A stretch of 64,000 nt of DNA from Candidatus Bathyarchaeota archaeon (GTDB lineage Archaea > Thermoproteota > Bathyarchaeia > 40CM-2-53-6): contig CAVSBL010000002.1 of assembly GCA_963726255.1 (NCBI GenBank), positions 2,240,001 through 2,304,000 on the forward strand, read 5' to 3'. The position numbers and the translations under genes were made by a program. Within the stretch, counting starts at the first letter, position 1; each line of letters begins with the position of its first letter. The notes under the pieces were generated by a model that saw only the letters and a list, made by a program, of their open reading frames with translations, was not told the DNA's origin and made no database searches. This document shows positions 10,127-19,392 of this stretch, in pieces.

Positions 10127-10609
10127 ATGATTCTCATGCGCATGAGGTATGATAAGAGAACCGACCAGTTGCAACTTCTCATTCGCGATGACAAAGACGT
10201 TACGCCGAAGGCGTTGGATGAGGATGTGACTGTTGGTTATACTAAGGATGGGGAAGTAGCTACAATTAGCGTAAAGAATGCCCTAACCAGAATCTTCGAT
10301 GGCCTTGGGGTAAAGTTGCCATCTGAACGGCAGGCGCCGGCGGAAGAGCGGGAGGGTGGAGTAAAGGTCGAACTCGACGCGGATAAGTGCCTCGGGTTTG
10401 GCAGCTGCGTCATTGTCTCACCCGACGTTTTCCGACTCGACGAGCGCCCCGGGCAGGGGGTATTCCGTAGCCGAGCCAAGCTAGATGTCCTGGATGAGGC
10501 TGGCGGCAAGGACTACGAAAATCTCCTGATCGCCGCCCAGTCGTGCCCAACTCAGGCGATTACAATAGTCGACAGAAAAACCGGAAAGAGAATTTACCCG
10601 CCCGAGTAG
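10127..10609 (+). CDS. DUF2283-like domain fused to a single-cluster ferredoxin
   Basis: N-term MRYDKRTDQL...GYTKDGEVATISV; C-term CLGFGSC...SCPTQAI. Confidence 0.75.
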   Translation: MILMRMRYDKRTDQLQLLIRDDKDVTPKALDEDVTVGYTKDGEVATISVKNALTRIFDGLGVKLPSERQAPAEEREGGVKVELDADKCLGFGSCVIVSPDVFRLDERPGQGVFRSRAKLDVLDEAGGKDYENLLIAAQSCPTQAITIVDRKTGKRIYPPE

Positions 10610-10719
10610 GCTCCCTCGGGTTGGGCTTGCCAAGCAAGAGCAAAATGGTCCACACCTGACCCTTCAACACTTAACGCCCGCGAAGCAATCGCCCTATTGA
10701 AGGAAGGGCTCGGGTTCCA

Positions 10720-11931
10720 CTGACCTCTATCTACACAATTTCTCGTGAAGACCTCTACGACTACCGAAGGTGCCCGAAGATCGTGGCTATCAAAGCCTAC
10801 AGAGCACTCAGGGCCGTACGAGAGAACCGATCCAGCGAGCCGCGCGTACTGGAACCCGCAACTATTGGCATGATTGGGGAAGCGGCCGTAAAGCTTGGAT
10901 TCCAAGGCCTACCCAAAGCCGTCGCGATGGAGCACATTGCTCGAGCTATTCCTCAAGTGAACTTCAATGAGTACCTCGAAGAAATCGCATCCCAATCCCT
11001 GAAGGGCGTCGAGAAGGTTCGGGCAAAACTAGCTAAGGAGTATGGGGAGCTAACAATAATCGGGAAGGGTGAAGGGCGCCACCCCGACCTTCCCGGGAAG
11101 GTGCGCCCAGATTTCATTGCCTTCAAAGAGCGGAACCAGAATCCAATCATCATCGAGACTAAGGACACTACGAGAATGAATCCAACTGATAATTTCCAAG
11201 CCGCGCTCTACAATGGCATAGCCGAACGATACGGAGTCTACCTCATCGAGGAGAGGGTCGAAGGTGGAGTGCGCACGTTTTCTCCGTTTACGATACAAGG
11301 GAACGCCGAGGCTGTTCTGATTTATCCAAGGCTCGCCGAATACTCCATCATAAAGGACCGGTTTGTTCCAGATAGTGAATTGATAAAGGAAATTTGGAAG
11401 GCGAAAGAACTTGGATTCAAAGGCTTAACCCCTGAGACTGATTGCGGAAAGAAATGCGCACACAACAGGTTGAAAGTAAAACTGGGGGAGGGGAACCTGG
11501 AGCCCGCGCCACCACTCCCCCTCATATTCTCCAACGCCGTCCTGGAAAGCGGTTTCAGTTATGACTTAGGCTACCAGGTAAGCTACGGGTGGAATCTGCT
11601 CCCGCTTAGGGTCAAGGTCGCCATCGCCTTGTCGGCGCGCGTGGCTGGCGTTGCTGGTGTTAAGGAGTGGTTGACGGGGACGGCGGGGCTTGAGGAAGAG
11701 GCCGCTCGGATCGTTGTGAATTGGGAGAGGCGGGAGGCATTTCTTCATTCCAAGCCAGATGCGGAAAGTTTGCTGAAATCCGCGGACAGCCAACTTGAGC
11801 CATGGCGAACAATCCTCAAAGGGAGGCTCACGACTGGGGCGCCAAGCATCTTGGCCATAGCCACAGCCATCTACTCTCTACCAAAGAAAAGTTCCAAGTT
11901 TGTCCATGAAGCATGGGGCAGATGGCAATAA
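10720..11931 (+). CDS. Cas4/RecB-like PD-(D/E)XK nuclease, stand-alone
   Basis: RPDF...IIETK...QAALY motifs; frame extends upstream of GTG 10783 through ISREDLYDYRRCPK to a CTG at 10720; later CGKKCAH. Confidence 0.65.
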   Translation: MTSIYTISREDLYDYRRCPKIVAIKAYRALRAVRENRSSEPRVLEPATIGMIGEAAVKLGFQGLPKAVAMEHIARAIPQVNFNEYLEEIASQSLKGVEKVRAKLAKEYGELTIIGKGEGRHPDLPGKVRPDFIAFKERNQNPIIIETKDTTRMNPTDNFQAALYNGIAERYGVYLIEERVEGGVRTFSPFTIQGNAEAVLIYPRLAEYSIIKDRFVPDSELIKEIWKAKELGFKGLTPETDCGKKCAHNRLKVKLGEGNLEPAPPLPLIFSNAVLESGFSYDLGYQVSYGWNLLPLRVKVAIALSARVAGVAGVKEWLTGTAGLEEEAARIVVNWERREAFLHSKPDAESLLKSADSQLEPWRTILKGRLTTGAPSILAIATAIYSLPKKSSKFVHEAWGRWQ

Positions 11932-11989
11932 GGGTAGATTGCACCCGGAGCCTGTGCCATAAGAGTAAATGGCACCCGGAGCGCGTGCC
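11928..11989 (+). repeat. Two tandem 31-bp imperfect repeats
   Basis: ATAAGGGTAGATTGCACCCGGAGCCTGTGCC and ATAAGAGTAAATGGCACCCGGAGCGCGTGCC, 26/31 identical. Confidence 0.75.
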
Positions 11990-12082
11990 TAATCCCTTGA
12001 AATTGACGTCTAACATATGTTATACACTGCAAGAGAAGTTGGGTTGCCCGACCCCCCTCGGGGGGCCTAGCTTACTGAGCTG

Positions 12083-13087
12083 TTAGTCGCCTTGGGGTGA
12101 TGCTACGCTGATATACTCAAGCTTTTGCGGCGGTGATTCGGGCGGTGGGCGGGAAGCTACGCGCATTAGTATGATCCTGTTTCTGGTTCCGGGGACGCTT
12201 CCCTTCACGGTCACGTAGTCCGAGTTGATCACGCCGTACCGCAGGAAGCCGCCTTTCGGCGTAATCTCGCTGCCGTTATTGCCAACCTTCATGACTATTT
12301 TGTTGTATTCGGTTCTTTGGTGGAAGCCCATTTGGCCAGCCCTCGGGACGGAATACATGACGAAGTGGGGTGTCCAGCCACCAATTGAGCCGACTTGGCG
12401 AACGGTCTTTCGGGCTTTGTGAGTCTTCCTTCGGATTCCCCACCGCTTAACCGGCCCCTGTATCCCTTTGCCCTTTGTAATGCCAATCGTGTCGACCGCC
12501 TGCCCTTCTTTGATGAAGTCGGCGGCCTTCACTTCTTGCCCAAGTATCTTCTTCGCATACTCAAACTGGTCCTTGATGGTGCCTCCGCCGATCTTCACCT
12601 CTACTAATTCCGGGGCTTTCTTGCCGTGCTTCGCAAGTCTCGGTTGGGTAGCCATTAGCATACGTAAATCGCTGATCTTGTCCAGGTTGGTTTCAATCTT
12701 CTTGAGCCCGTCTTCCTTGGCAAACTTCTCCGGAACCGTAATGACGCGCCCGAAATCCTTTGGCACTGTCTCCATCCAAGCCTCACCAAACGTACGCAGC
12801 CCTTCGTAGGTCTTAGTGTAGGCACGTAGGGCAGAGGCCAACATTGGTGGTGTCTCCATGGTTGTCAACGGAATGACGATCTCTTTTCCAAAGGTCAGTG
12901 ACCCTTGCCTGTTGTCTACGGCTATGGCGTAGTTCATGCCCGCTTTGAATCCGGCAAAAGCAAGGAGACGAGGTCCCTCGTCCACTTCGGGCCAATACCT
13001 GATTCTGCCAACCCAGCGTGAAGCGCGTCCCCTAGGCAGGTAGGCCAGTGAGCCTCGTTTGGGGGCGTGAACTTTCCTATGACCCAA
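12083..13087 (-). CDS. rpl3: 50S ribosomal protein uL3
   Basis: HAPKRGSLAYLPRGRA, GFKAGM, TKGKGIQGPVKRWG, PRAGQMGFHQRTEYNK. Confidence 0.97.
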   Translation of the reverse strand: MGHRKVHAPKRGSLAYLPRGRASRWVGRIRYWPEVDEGPRLLAFAGFKAGMNYAIAVDNRQGSLTFGKEIVIPLTTMETPPMLASALRAYTKTYEGLRTFGEAWMETVPKDFGRVITVPEKFAKEDGLKKIETNLDKISDLRMLMATQPRLAKHGKKAPELVEVKIGGGTIKDQFEYAKKILGQEVKAADFIKEGQAVDTIGITKGKGIQGPVKRWGIRRKTHKARKTVRQVGSIGGWTPHFVMYSVPRAGQMGFHQRTEYNKIVMKVGNNGSEITPKGGFLRYGVINSDYVTVKGSVPGTRNRIILMRVASRPPPESPPQKLEYISVASPQGD

Positions 13088-13226
13088 TTAGACCACTAAT
13101 TAGCGTTGGCTTCTGGGCAGAAACATTCAAGCTCTATTTTACCGTATCGGACCTGCAGCACCAAAAGAGGTCTAGGCGGTCTCGTCTGGTAGAAGTTTAA
13201 GTTCGAGTCTTCGACGACAATTTCTC

Positions 13227-13466
13227 TTGAGCCCGATGACAGACCTCTCCGGTTCCTTGTTCGTCATCTTTACGCTGTTCTTTGTGATTCTCGGCGCTAT
13301 ACTCGCTGCCGTCGGGTACGGGTATGCGCATGGCTACTTCAGGAGACGCAGGTCTCCGCGAATTATCTGCGGCATATGCGGCAACAAGACAAGCCGGCTC
13401 AGGAAATATTGCGGAATATGCGGGGCTCCAGCATTGAACTTTGTCGAACTTGCGCAGGAGATGTGA
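13227..13466 (+). CDS. Small membrane-anchored zinc-ribbon protein
   Basis: N-terminal TM helix followed by CGICG...CGICG. Confidence 0.7.
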   Translation: MSPMTDLSGSLFVIFTLFFVILGAILAAVGYGYAHGYFRRRRSPRIICGICGNKTSRLRKYCGICGAPALNFVELAQEM

Positions 13467-13575
13467 TCAATTGAAAAGGCACCTGCCATAGCGAGGGTTG
13501 TGGCGCTATCGGTCTAGCGAAACTCTTCTTGGCTAGAAGAAATGGATTATTTGATTGCGGCCCTTTACCTACCTA

Positions 13576-13869
13576 CTATTTGTCGTCCTCGTCTTCGTCC
13601 TCGTCTGAGTCTTCCGCACCCCCGCCTTCCGCCGGGGCCGCTTTCTGTGAAGTTTCAGCCTTCTCGAAAGATTGTAACGCTTCCTGCAGTTCTTCCTCGG
13701 TTATTTTCCCCGCAACGAACAGTATGTCGTTTATCCACTCGGAGACAAGGGCTTCAATGTTTGCCGCGGGGACCAGTGGGTGCTTCTGCAGGGCCGCCTG
13801 AAGCTCGGTGAAGAGTTGATCTAGCTCGACGCTGTCAACCTTCTGTTTCTTTCCGTAAACGAACTTCAA
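13576..13869 (-). CDS. Hypothetical protein with acidic tail
   Basis: 97-aa ORF ending EDSDEDEDEDDK; divergent from tRNA-Leu. Confidence 0.7.
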   Translation of the reverse strand: MKFVYGKKQKVDSVELDQLFTELQAALQKHPLVPAANIEALVSEWINDILFVAGKITEEELQEALQSFEKAETSQKAAPAEGGGAEDSDEDEDEDDK

Positions 13870-13993
13870 TTAGGCCACTGGTCCGCCCTGTCTTACCAGA
13901 GCTGCTGTCAGTGAAGGTTAACTAGATAATCTTTAAGACTTGCCACACGCGCTGTCGCCGCGGCCCTTACGGGTGAACTTGTTTGGCCTGGAG

Positions 13994-14133
<140 letters not shown>

Positions 14134-14176
14134 ACCCAACCATCCTACAACACGCCCTATGGATGACCCGCCACGG

Positions 14177-14464
14177 CTATCGCCCCACTACAATCAGTAG
14201 TTCGCTAAGTTGATCCAGCAGCTCTTCCCTTAGTCGTCGTCTCACCCATTTCGTGCCGGCGATCAATCGTCTGTAATTATCCTCCGAGAACGCAAGGAAC
14301 CTCCAAGCGGTCAAGTCCTTCCACCGACAATCAAACCCTAGGAATTCTAGGCTGAAATCGTGATGCCGTAGTTCTGACTTTATCGCTTCAAGCATTGTGA
14401 TGGCTTTCTGCTTGGTTTCAATTGGCAATCGTTCGTTAGTCGCGACCTGGCCTGGGAATGACAC
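14177..14464 (-). CDS. Hypothetical protein
   Basis: 95-aa ORF downstream of the ParB-like gene; no motif recognised. Confidence 0.45.
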   Translation of the reverse strand: MSFPGQVATNERLPIETKQKAITMLEAIKSELRHHDFSLEFLGFDCRWKDLTAWRFLAFSEDNYRRLIAGTKWVRRRLREELLDQLSELLIVVGR

Positions 14465-14550
14465 CCCAGATAGGCGAATGGTTGATCAGAACATTGTTCC
14501 ACTCTAATGCCTGATTTTAGGCAATTTGGCACACGCTGATTTGTGTCGGC

Positions 14551-15450
14551 TTAGAACGGCTGCCTTTGTTTGCTCTTCTTGATTCTTCGCCTATCCATCA
14601 TATTTTCCAATATCAACTTGTTTCCGCGCATATAGAGCATACAGTATTTGCCCGGAGACAGACCCATGGCATCCAAGTACTCCGAGGGTATATTCACGCC
14701 ACAGTGGTCGGCAAACATCTGTATTCTGGTCTTCGTTGGCGGAGGAGCTCCATTCAAGATGTCTTCAAGTCCTCTGACGCTGAGCCTTTTTCTCTCAACG
14801 AATTCGGCAAGTGAGCGTTGTTTTCGAGGATCCTTGATACGTGAGAGAAGTTCTGCATGACTTGGAGTCAAGTATCGGCTTGCGCCTGAAACTTTAGAGA
14901 GCAGTGAATGATCGAGTCGATGGAGAAGAGCAAGTCTTTCGCTAACGTAGCTATCGCATTTTCCTATGCGTCGAGCTATCGCATTTATCGTCCAACCATG
15001 GTTAACAAGTTCGTTGTACCCCTTAGCCTCTTCCATCGGATTCACGTAGGCGTTCCTAACTAGATTCTCTGACACCCGCGCAAGAAACGCCTCCCCATCG
15101 TCTAGGTGCTTAACCATGGCTCTTATTTTTGGAATTCCGAGTCTTCTGAACGCCTCAACTCGGTGCTGGCCGAATATGATTTCATATTTAGGACCGTTTT
15201 CACGCACAACTATCGGTTGGAGCAATCCCGAGTTTTCTATCGATCTTGCGAGCTCGCACACTACACCATCTTCGATGGGTCTCAAAAGACGGGCAGGCTG
15301 AATCAAAGCATCCAGGTCAATATCGACTATCGGATCGCACGCATTCTCCAGTATGACATGCGACTCGCTCATACTTTGACCAGGCTTGAATGATTCGTGA
15401 CTTTCATTTGTTACAGTCCGCATAATAATCTGGTGTAAGAACATGGCCAT
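14551..15450 (-). CDS. ParB/Spo0J-like protein with HTH and possible C-terminal AbrB-like domain
   Basis: SIENSGLLQPIVVR, IFGQHRVEA, SENLVR, NPMEEA, HTH IARRIGK..SYVS; C-term VNIPSEYLDAMGLSPG. Confidence 0.85.
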   Translation of the reverse strand: MAMFLHQIIMRTVTNESHESFKPGQSMSESHVILENACDPIVDIDLDALIQPARLLRPIEDGVVCELARSIENSGLLQPIVVRENGPKYEIIFGQHRVEAFRRLGIPKIRAMVKHLDDGEAFLARVSENLVRNAYVNPMEEAKGYNELVNHGWTINAIARRIGKCDSYVSERLALLHRLDHSLLSKVSGASRYLTPSHAELLSRIKDPRKQRSLAEFVERKRLSVRGLEDILNGAPPPTKTRIQMFADHCGVNIPSEYLDAMGLSPGKYCMLYMRGNKLILENMMDRRRIKKSKQRQPF

Positions 15451-15514
15451 GCTACAGTTTCAACCGTAAGTTACATTACTTACCCCGTGCACCTAGAAAA
15501 CCAGGCGTCTTTCG

Positions 15515-16339
15515 GTGTCTAAAGAAGACTTAACGAGTCTGGCCGACCTCGGGCTCAGTTTCCTCCAGGCGAAAACTTACATTGCATTGCTTAGTCTTGG
15601 GAGTTGCAAAGCAAGTCAGCTCACCTTGAGGACGGGACTTGTTCGCCCTGAAACATATCGAATTCTCCGCGAGTTGTCAGTAAAGGGACTGGTTCAGCGG
15701 AGCGCTGGTTCCCCTTATCTTTATTCACCTACTCCTCCAAGCGAAGCATTGTCAATCTTGTTCAATAGAGTGGGTGAAAGATTTGCGGCTCTGAAAAAAG
15801 GAAAGAATGCACTTGCTCGGTCACTCGCAAGCTACGTTTCTCACGGCGAAGGATTGCGAGATGAACGCTTTGATTTGATTACAGGAGGTGGAAATGCGCT
15901 TCGCACGGTGTTGGACATGATCAGACGAGCCGAGAGTGAGTACGTTTCAATAAGCAGCAAAGATGGGCTCATTCGGTTAGGAGGTCGAGGCATACTGGGA
16001 GAGGAGTACGAAGCTGCAATCATCGCGGCAAAACGACGACATGTGCGAATTAGGGTGATTTCCGAGATCGATAAGTCAACTCTGCCAGCAGCGGAGCACG
16101 TGTCGCGATTCGCTGAACTGCGGAAGCTTAAGGACGTTCTATTTTACATCGACATGGTTGATAAACGAGAAATGTGCATCGGGCCTGGCATTACACCTGA
16201 GGATGCGGGTGAGCAAAATGCTAGGGAAGCTGACCTTTGGACTAACAATGCAAAGTTCATTCGGGGCATGTGTGCCATGTTCGAAAGATTATGGAAAGCT
16301 GCGCCGCCATATTTGTCGAGCATAAAGGAACTATCATGA
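15515..16339 (+). CDS. TrmB family transcriptional regulator
   Basis: LGLSFLQAKTYIALL...TYRILRELSVKGLV HTH; C-terminal effector domain ending FERLW. Confidence 0.88.
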   Translation: MSKEDLTSLADLGLSFLQAKTYIALLSLGSCKASQLTLRTGLVRPETYRILRELSVKGLVQRSAGSPYLYSPTPPSEALSILFNRVGERFAALKKGKNALARSLASYVSHGEGLRDERFDLITGGGNALRTVLDMIRRAESEYVSISSKDGLIRLGGRGILGEEYEAAIIAAKRRHVRIRVISEIDKSTLPAAEHVSRFAELRKLKDVLFYIDMVDKREMCIGPGITPEDAGEQNAREADLWTNNAKFIRGMCAMFERLWKAAPPYLSSIKELS

Positions 16340-16421
16340 AAGACGCTGTATCGATGAGGGCCTTCGCACGTGCGAAAACAAGCCGCGATGCGACGTGTCG
16401 ACGGCGTCTTCCATTGGGAGA

Positions 16422-16793
16422 CTACGCGAGTTTGCCATCTACGAATACCATCCTAAGCCCCCTTAAGTGATATATCACCTCTCTGAATTTCCCGATCTGC
16501 AATTCCTCCACAGGTTCAAATCCCTTGGTCTTCATCTCGGCCTTGGTCTTCTCAACATCAGTGACTCGAAGGTGGAAACTCCGTACTCTGTCGGGTCCGG
16601 GAACTTCAACTGGGCTCTCTAGCAGTTCGAACCCGAAGGGAGTCACAGCCCACCTCGCCGTGCCCTCCTTCAGTTTCGTTTCGTGAGTCTTGAACTTCGT
16701 GTCAAGCAGTTTCTCATAGAACTTCACAGCTTCATCCAAATTGCTCACTCCGACTGCCAACATTTCGAGCTTTTCGATCTTCATGCAATACAC
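16422..16793 (-). CDS. VOC/glyoxalase family protein
   Basis: AVGVSNLDEAVKFYEKLL, FELLE, FHLRVTDVE. Confidence 0.8.
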   Translation of the reverse strand: MYCMKIEKLEMLAVGVSNLDEAVKFYEKLLDTKFKTHETKLKEGTARWAVTPFGFELLESPVEVPGPDRVRSFHLRVTDVEKTKAEMKTKGFEPVEELQIGKFREVIYHLRGLRMVFVDGKLA

Positions 16794-16840
16794 CGACTAC
16801 CCTATGCAGATCTAAGAACAAATATGAGTTGTGTTGGGAA

Positions 16841-17227
16841 TCAGTCTTCACGGCAGGCAATTGCGTTCATTTCAAGCAACATGCCAGGAATCACGAAACC
16901 TGCAACCACAGTAGTTCTAGTTGGCGGATTCTCGGGGAAGAATGTCTTGTAGACCTCATTCATCCTCTTGAAGTCGCGGCGTCTTTTCAAGAAGACAGAT
17001 ACCCTAACGATATCGGGCATCGCGAAGCCTGACGCATCAACAATCGCTCTGATGTTTTCAAGGGTCTGTCGAGTCTGTGATTCAACGTCCCGCCCCACCA
17101 GTTTGTCGGTTCTTGGATCAAAGGATCCTTGGGCCGCAACGAAGAGTAAATTGCCAACCGTGATGCCTTGAGAATAGGGACCAGCGGCAGGGGGCGCGTT
17201 TAAGGTTTTGACAAAACTCTTTGTCAT
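16841..17227 (-). CDS. RidA/YjgF family enamine deaminase
   Basis: APPAAGPYSQG, QTRQTLENI, MNEVYKTFF..NPPTRT. Confidence 0.9.
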   Translation of the reverse strand: MTKSFVKTLNAPPAAGPYSQGITVGNLLFVAAQGSFDPRTDKLVGRDVESQTRQTLENIRAIVDASGFAMPDIVRVSVFLKRRRDFKRMNEVYKTFFPENPPTRTTVVAGFVIPGMLLEMNAIACRED

Positions 17228-17378
17228 CTTGTGTCACATTGACGATTAGCGCTACTCTACGAACTAAATCGCTTCCGGTCCTTCACGAAGGCCCTACTTT
17301 GAGTCATCTCAAAACACGCTCGGCGTGTGAACACGCTAAATAGGTAAAGATCAGTAACTCGAGAAACGGGACGCAGTC

Positions 17379-19061
17379 TTGAATGTTGCAGAATCTGTGG
17401 CACAGACTTTACGTCAGTATGATGCTGATTATTTCTTCTTGGTAACTGGCGGCGACCAAGATTTCTGGTTCGCACTGCAGGACGCGGGAATCAAGTTTGT
17501 ATTGACCAGAAGTGAGAAAGCCGCGGTATACATGGCGGACGCCTACGCAAGAGTACGCTACAAACCTTCATTCGTATACGGACAGTTTGGCCCCGGCGCC
17601 GCCAATGTTGCAGCTGGTATGGCCGATCCGTTCTGGGCGTGTAGTCCCGTCGTAGCGATTACCAGTTCCATGTCAACTCAGCGTAGATACAAGCCTGAGT
17701 ACCAGGAACTAGATCAGACGCGAATGTTTGATCATGTCACAAAGTGGAACGGGTACGTCCCGACTCCCAATAGAGCCGCAGAGCTTACTAGGAATGCTAT
17801 CCGGGTGGCTGTAAGTGGCTGTCCAGGCCCTACCCACCTAGACATTCCTTGGGATTATTTCCCTCTTCAAGTTGAAATTCCCGAGATTTATGCTGAGGAC
17901 CCATGCAAGGAATACCCTGCGTTCAGATGTTCTCCCGATTCCTCCAAAATTCTTGAGGCTGCAGATCTGTTGGTGAAGGCCGAGAGACCAGTTGTCGTGG
18001 CTGGGTCCGGCGCAGTTCTCTCGCGTGCATGGAATGAACTAGTGCAACTAGCGGAACTGATGTCAATTCCGGTGGCAACAAGTATGGGAGGAAAAGGTAG
18101 CATACCGGAAGATCACCCGCTATCCATAGGCGTTGTCGGGAAATATTCAAGGAAGAGTGCAAACGACATCGTCTCGAGTAGTGACTTGGTACTCTTCGTC
18201 GGATCCAAGACAGGGGGACTTGTTACGAACGCCTTCAGCATTCCCAAGCAGGGAACTCGCGTCATTCACATAGATATTGCCCCCGAGGTTCAAGGCAGAA
18301 ACTACAAGACTGAGGTATCCATACTTGCAGACGCCAAACTTGCGCTGCGAGCCTTGGTTGACGTTCTCTTGCAAAGGAAGGTCTCGAGACCTATGATTAA
18401 TCCTTGGGTTGACGAAGTGAGAAAGATTACTGGCCAATGGAGAAAGGATTTTGAAGGTATAACCTCGAAGCCTTCACACCCGATCAAACCTCAACGAGTA
18501 ATGAAGATGCTAAGAGAGCTGCTTGGTAAGGACGATGTTGTTGTGGTCGATACAGGTTATATGGCGGCTTGGGCCGGTGCTCTTTTCCCCGTCTTGTCGA
18601 GCGGTAGGACGTTCCTGAGGGCGGCAGGATCTCTAGGGTGGGCGTTTCCTGCCTCACTAGGGGCGAAACTGGGCGCCCCGGACAAGACAGTTATTTGCGT
18701 AAGCGGCGACGGTGGGATAGGATACCACCTACCAGAACTGGAAACAGCGTTGAGGCTGAAGATACCCATAATCGCTCTTGTGCTAAACAATGTCTCTCTG
18801 GCTTTTGAATACCATGACCAGAAGTACCTGTACGATGGAAAGATAGTGAGTGGAGTGAACGATTTTCTCGATGTAGATTACGGAAAAGTCGCTTCAGCCT
18901 TTGGAGCGTACGGACAGAGAATAGACAGAGATGAGGAGCTCAAGGACGCAATTAAGCAAGCTCGTGATTCTGGCAAGCCAGCACTCATCGACATTATGGT
19001 CGACAAGGAGGAGTCTGGCCCCACCACATACTACGAGCAGATCATCGGGAGAAAACTCTGA
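17379..19061 (+). CDS. TPP-dependent enzyme (acetolactate synthase large-subunit-like)
   Basis: TRSEKAAVYMADAYAR, GPGAAN, YQELDQ, GDGG...NN TPP motif. Confidence 0.9.
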   Translation: MNVAESVAQTLRQYDADYFFLVTGGDQDFWFALQDAGIKFVLTRSEKAAVYMADAYARVRYKPSFVYGQFGPGAANVAAGMADPFWACSPVVAITSSMSTQRRYKPEYQELDQTRMFDHVTKWNGYVPTPNRAAELTRNAIRVAVSGCPGPTHLDIPWDYFPLQVEIPEIYAEDPCKEYPAFRCSPDSSKILEAADLLVKAERPVVVAGSGAVLSRAWNELVQLAELMSIPVATSMGGKGSIPEDHPLSIGVVGKYSRKSANDIVSSSDLVLFVGSKTGGLVTNAFSIPKQGTRVIHIDIAPEVQGRNYKTEVSILADAKLALRALVDVLLQRKVSRPMINPWVDEVRKITGQWRKDFEGITSKPSHPIKPQRVMKMLRELLGKDDVVVVDTGYMAAWAGALFPVLSSGRTFLRAAGSLGWAFPASLGAKLGAPDKTVICVSGDGGIGYHLPELETALRLKIPIIALVLNNVSLAFEYHDQKYLYDGKIVSGVNDFLDVDYGKVASAFGAYGQRIDRDEELKDAIKQARDSGKPALIDIMVDKEESGPTTYYEQIIGRKL

Positions 19062-19392
19062 ACGAGCCTAGGTGCGCTTAGATAATTCCCATGTTACGCA
19101 CACAATTAGCTGACCGCTTCATTTCTTTCACGGAGGTGACTCGCTGGCAATAGAAGCCCTTTCTGGATCAGGCTGCGTGATTATCTCGCAACTCAACAAT
19201 TCCGCCAAGAGATGTTACGATTAGGCCATGTTTTATGGAAGCGAGTCAATCCATCATCCACGACACGCTATGACGTCTGCCTCAAGTAGCATGCCCGGTA
19301 CGACGAAATGCAATGCGCCTTCTAAGCGATATATCATTTACAATTCAGGACTGCGAGTCATCCGCAATGAAGGCTAGCGGTGTGTGAACCTT

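Noticed and set aside
11928-11989. Mini-CRISPR next to the Cas4-like gene
   Set aside because: Only two adjacent units with no spacer, and no cas1/cas2 in the window.
13576-13869. Ribosomal stalk protein P1/L12
   Set aside because: It has an Ala/Gly hinge and acidic tail but lacks the MEYIYAALLLH-type N-terminus and the GLxxLFG C-terminus.
13959-13993. Third intron or split-tRNA leader upstream of tRNA-Leu
   Set aside because: GGCC/GGCC pairing is present but the bulge geometry is not BHB, and the acceptor stem is already complete.
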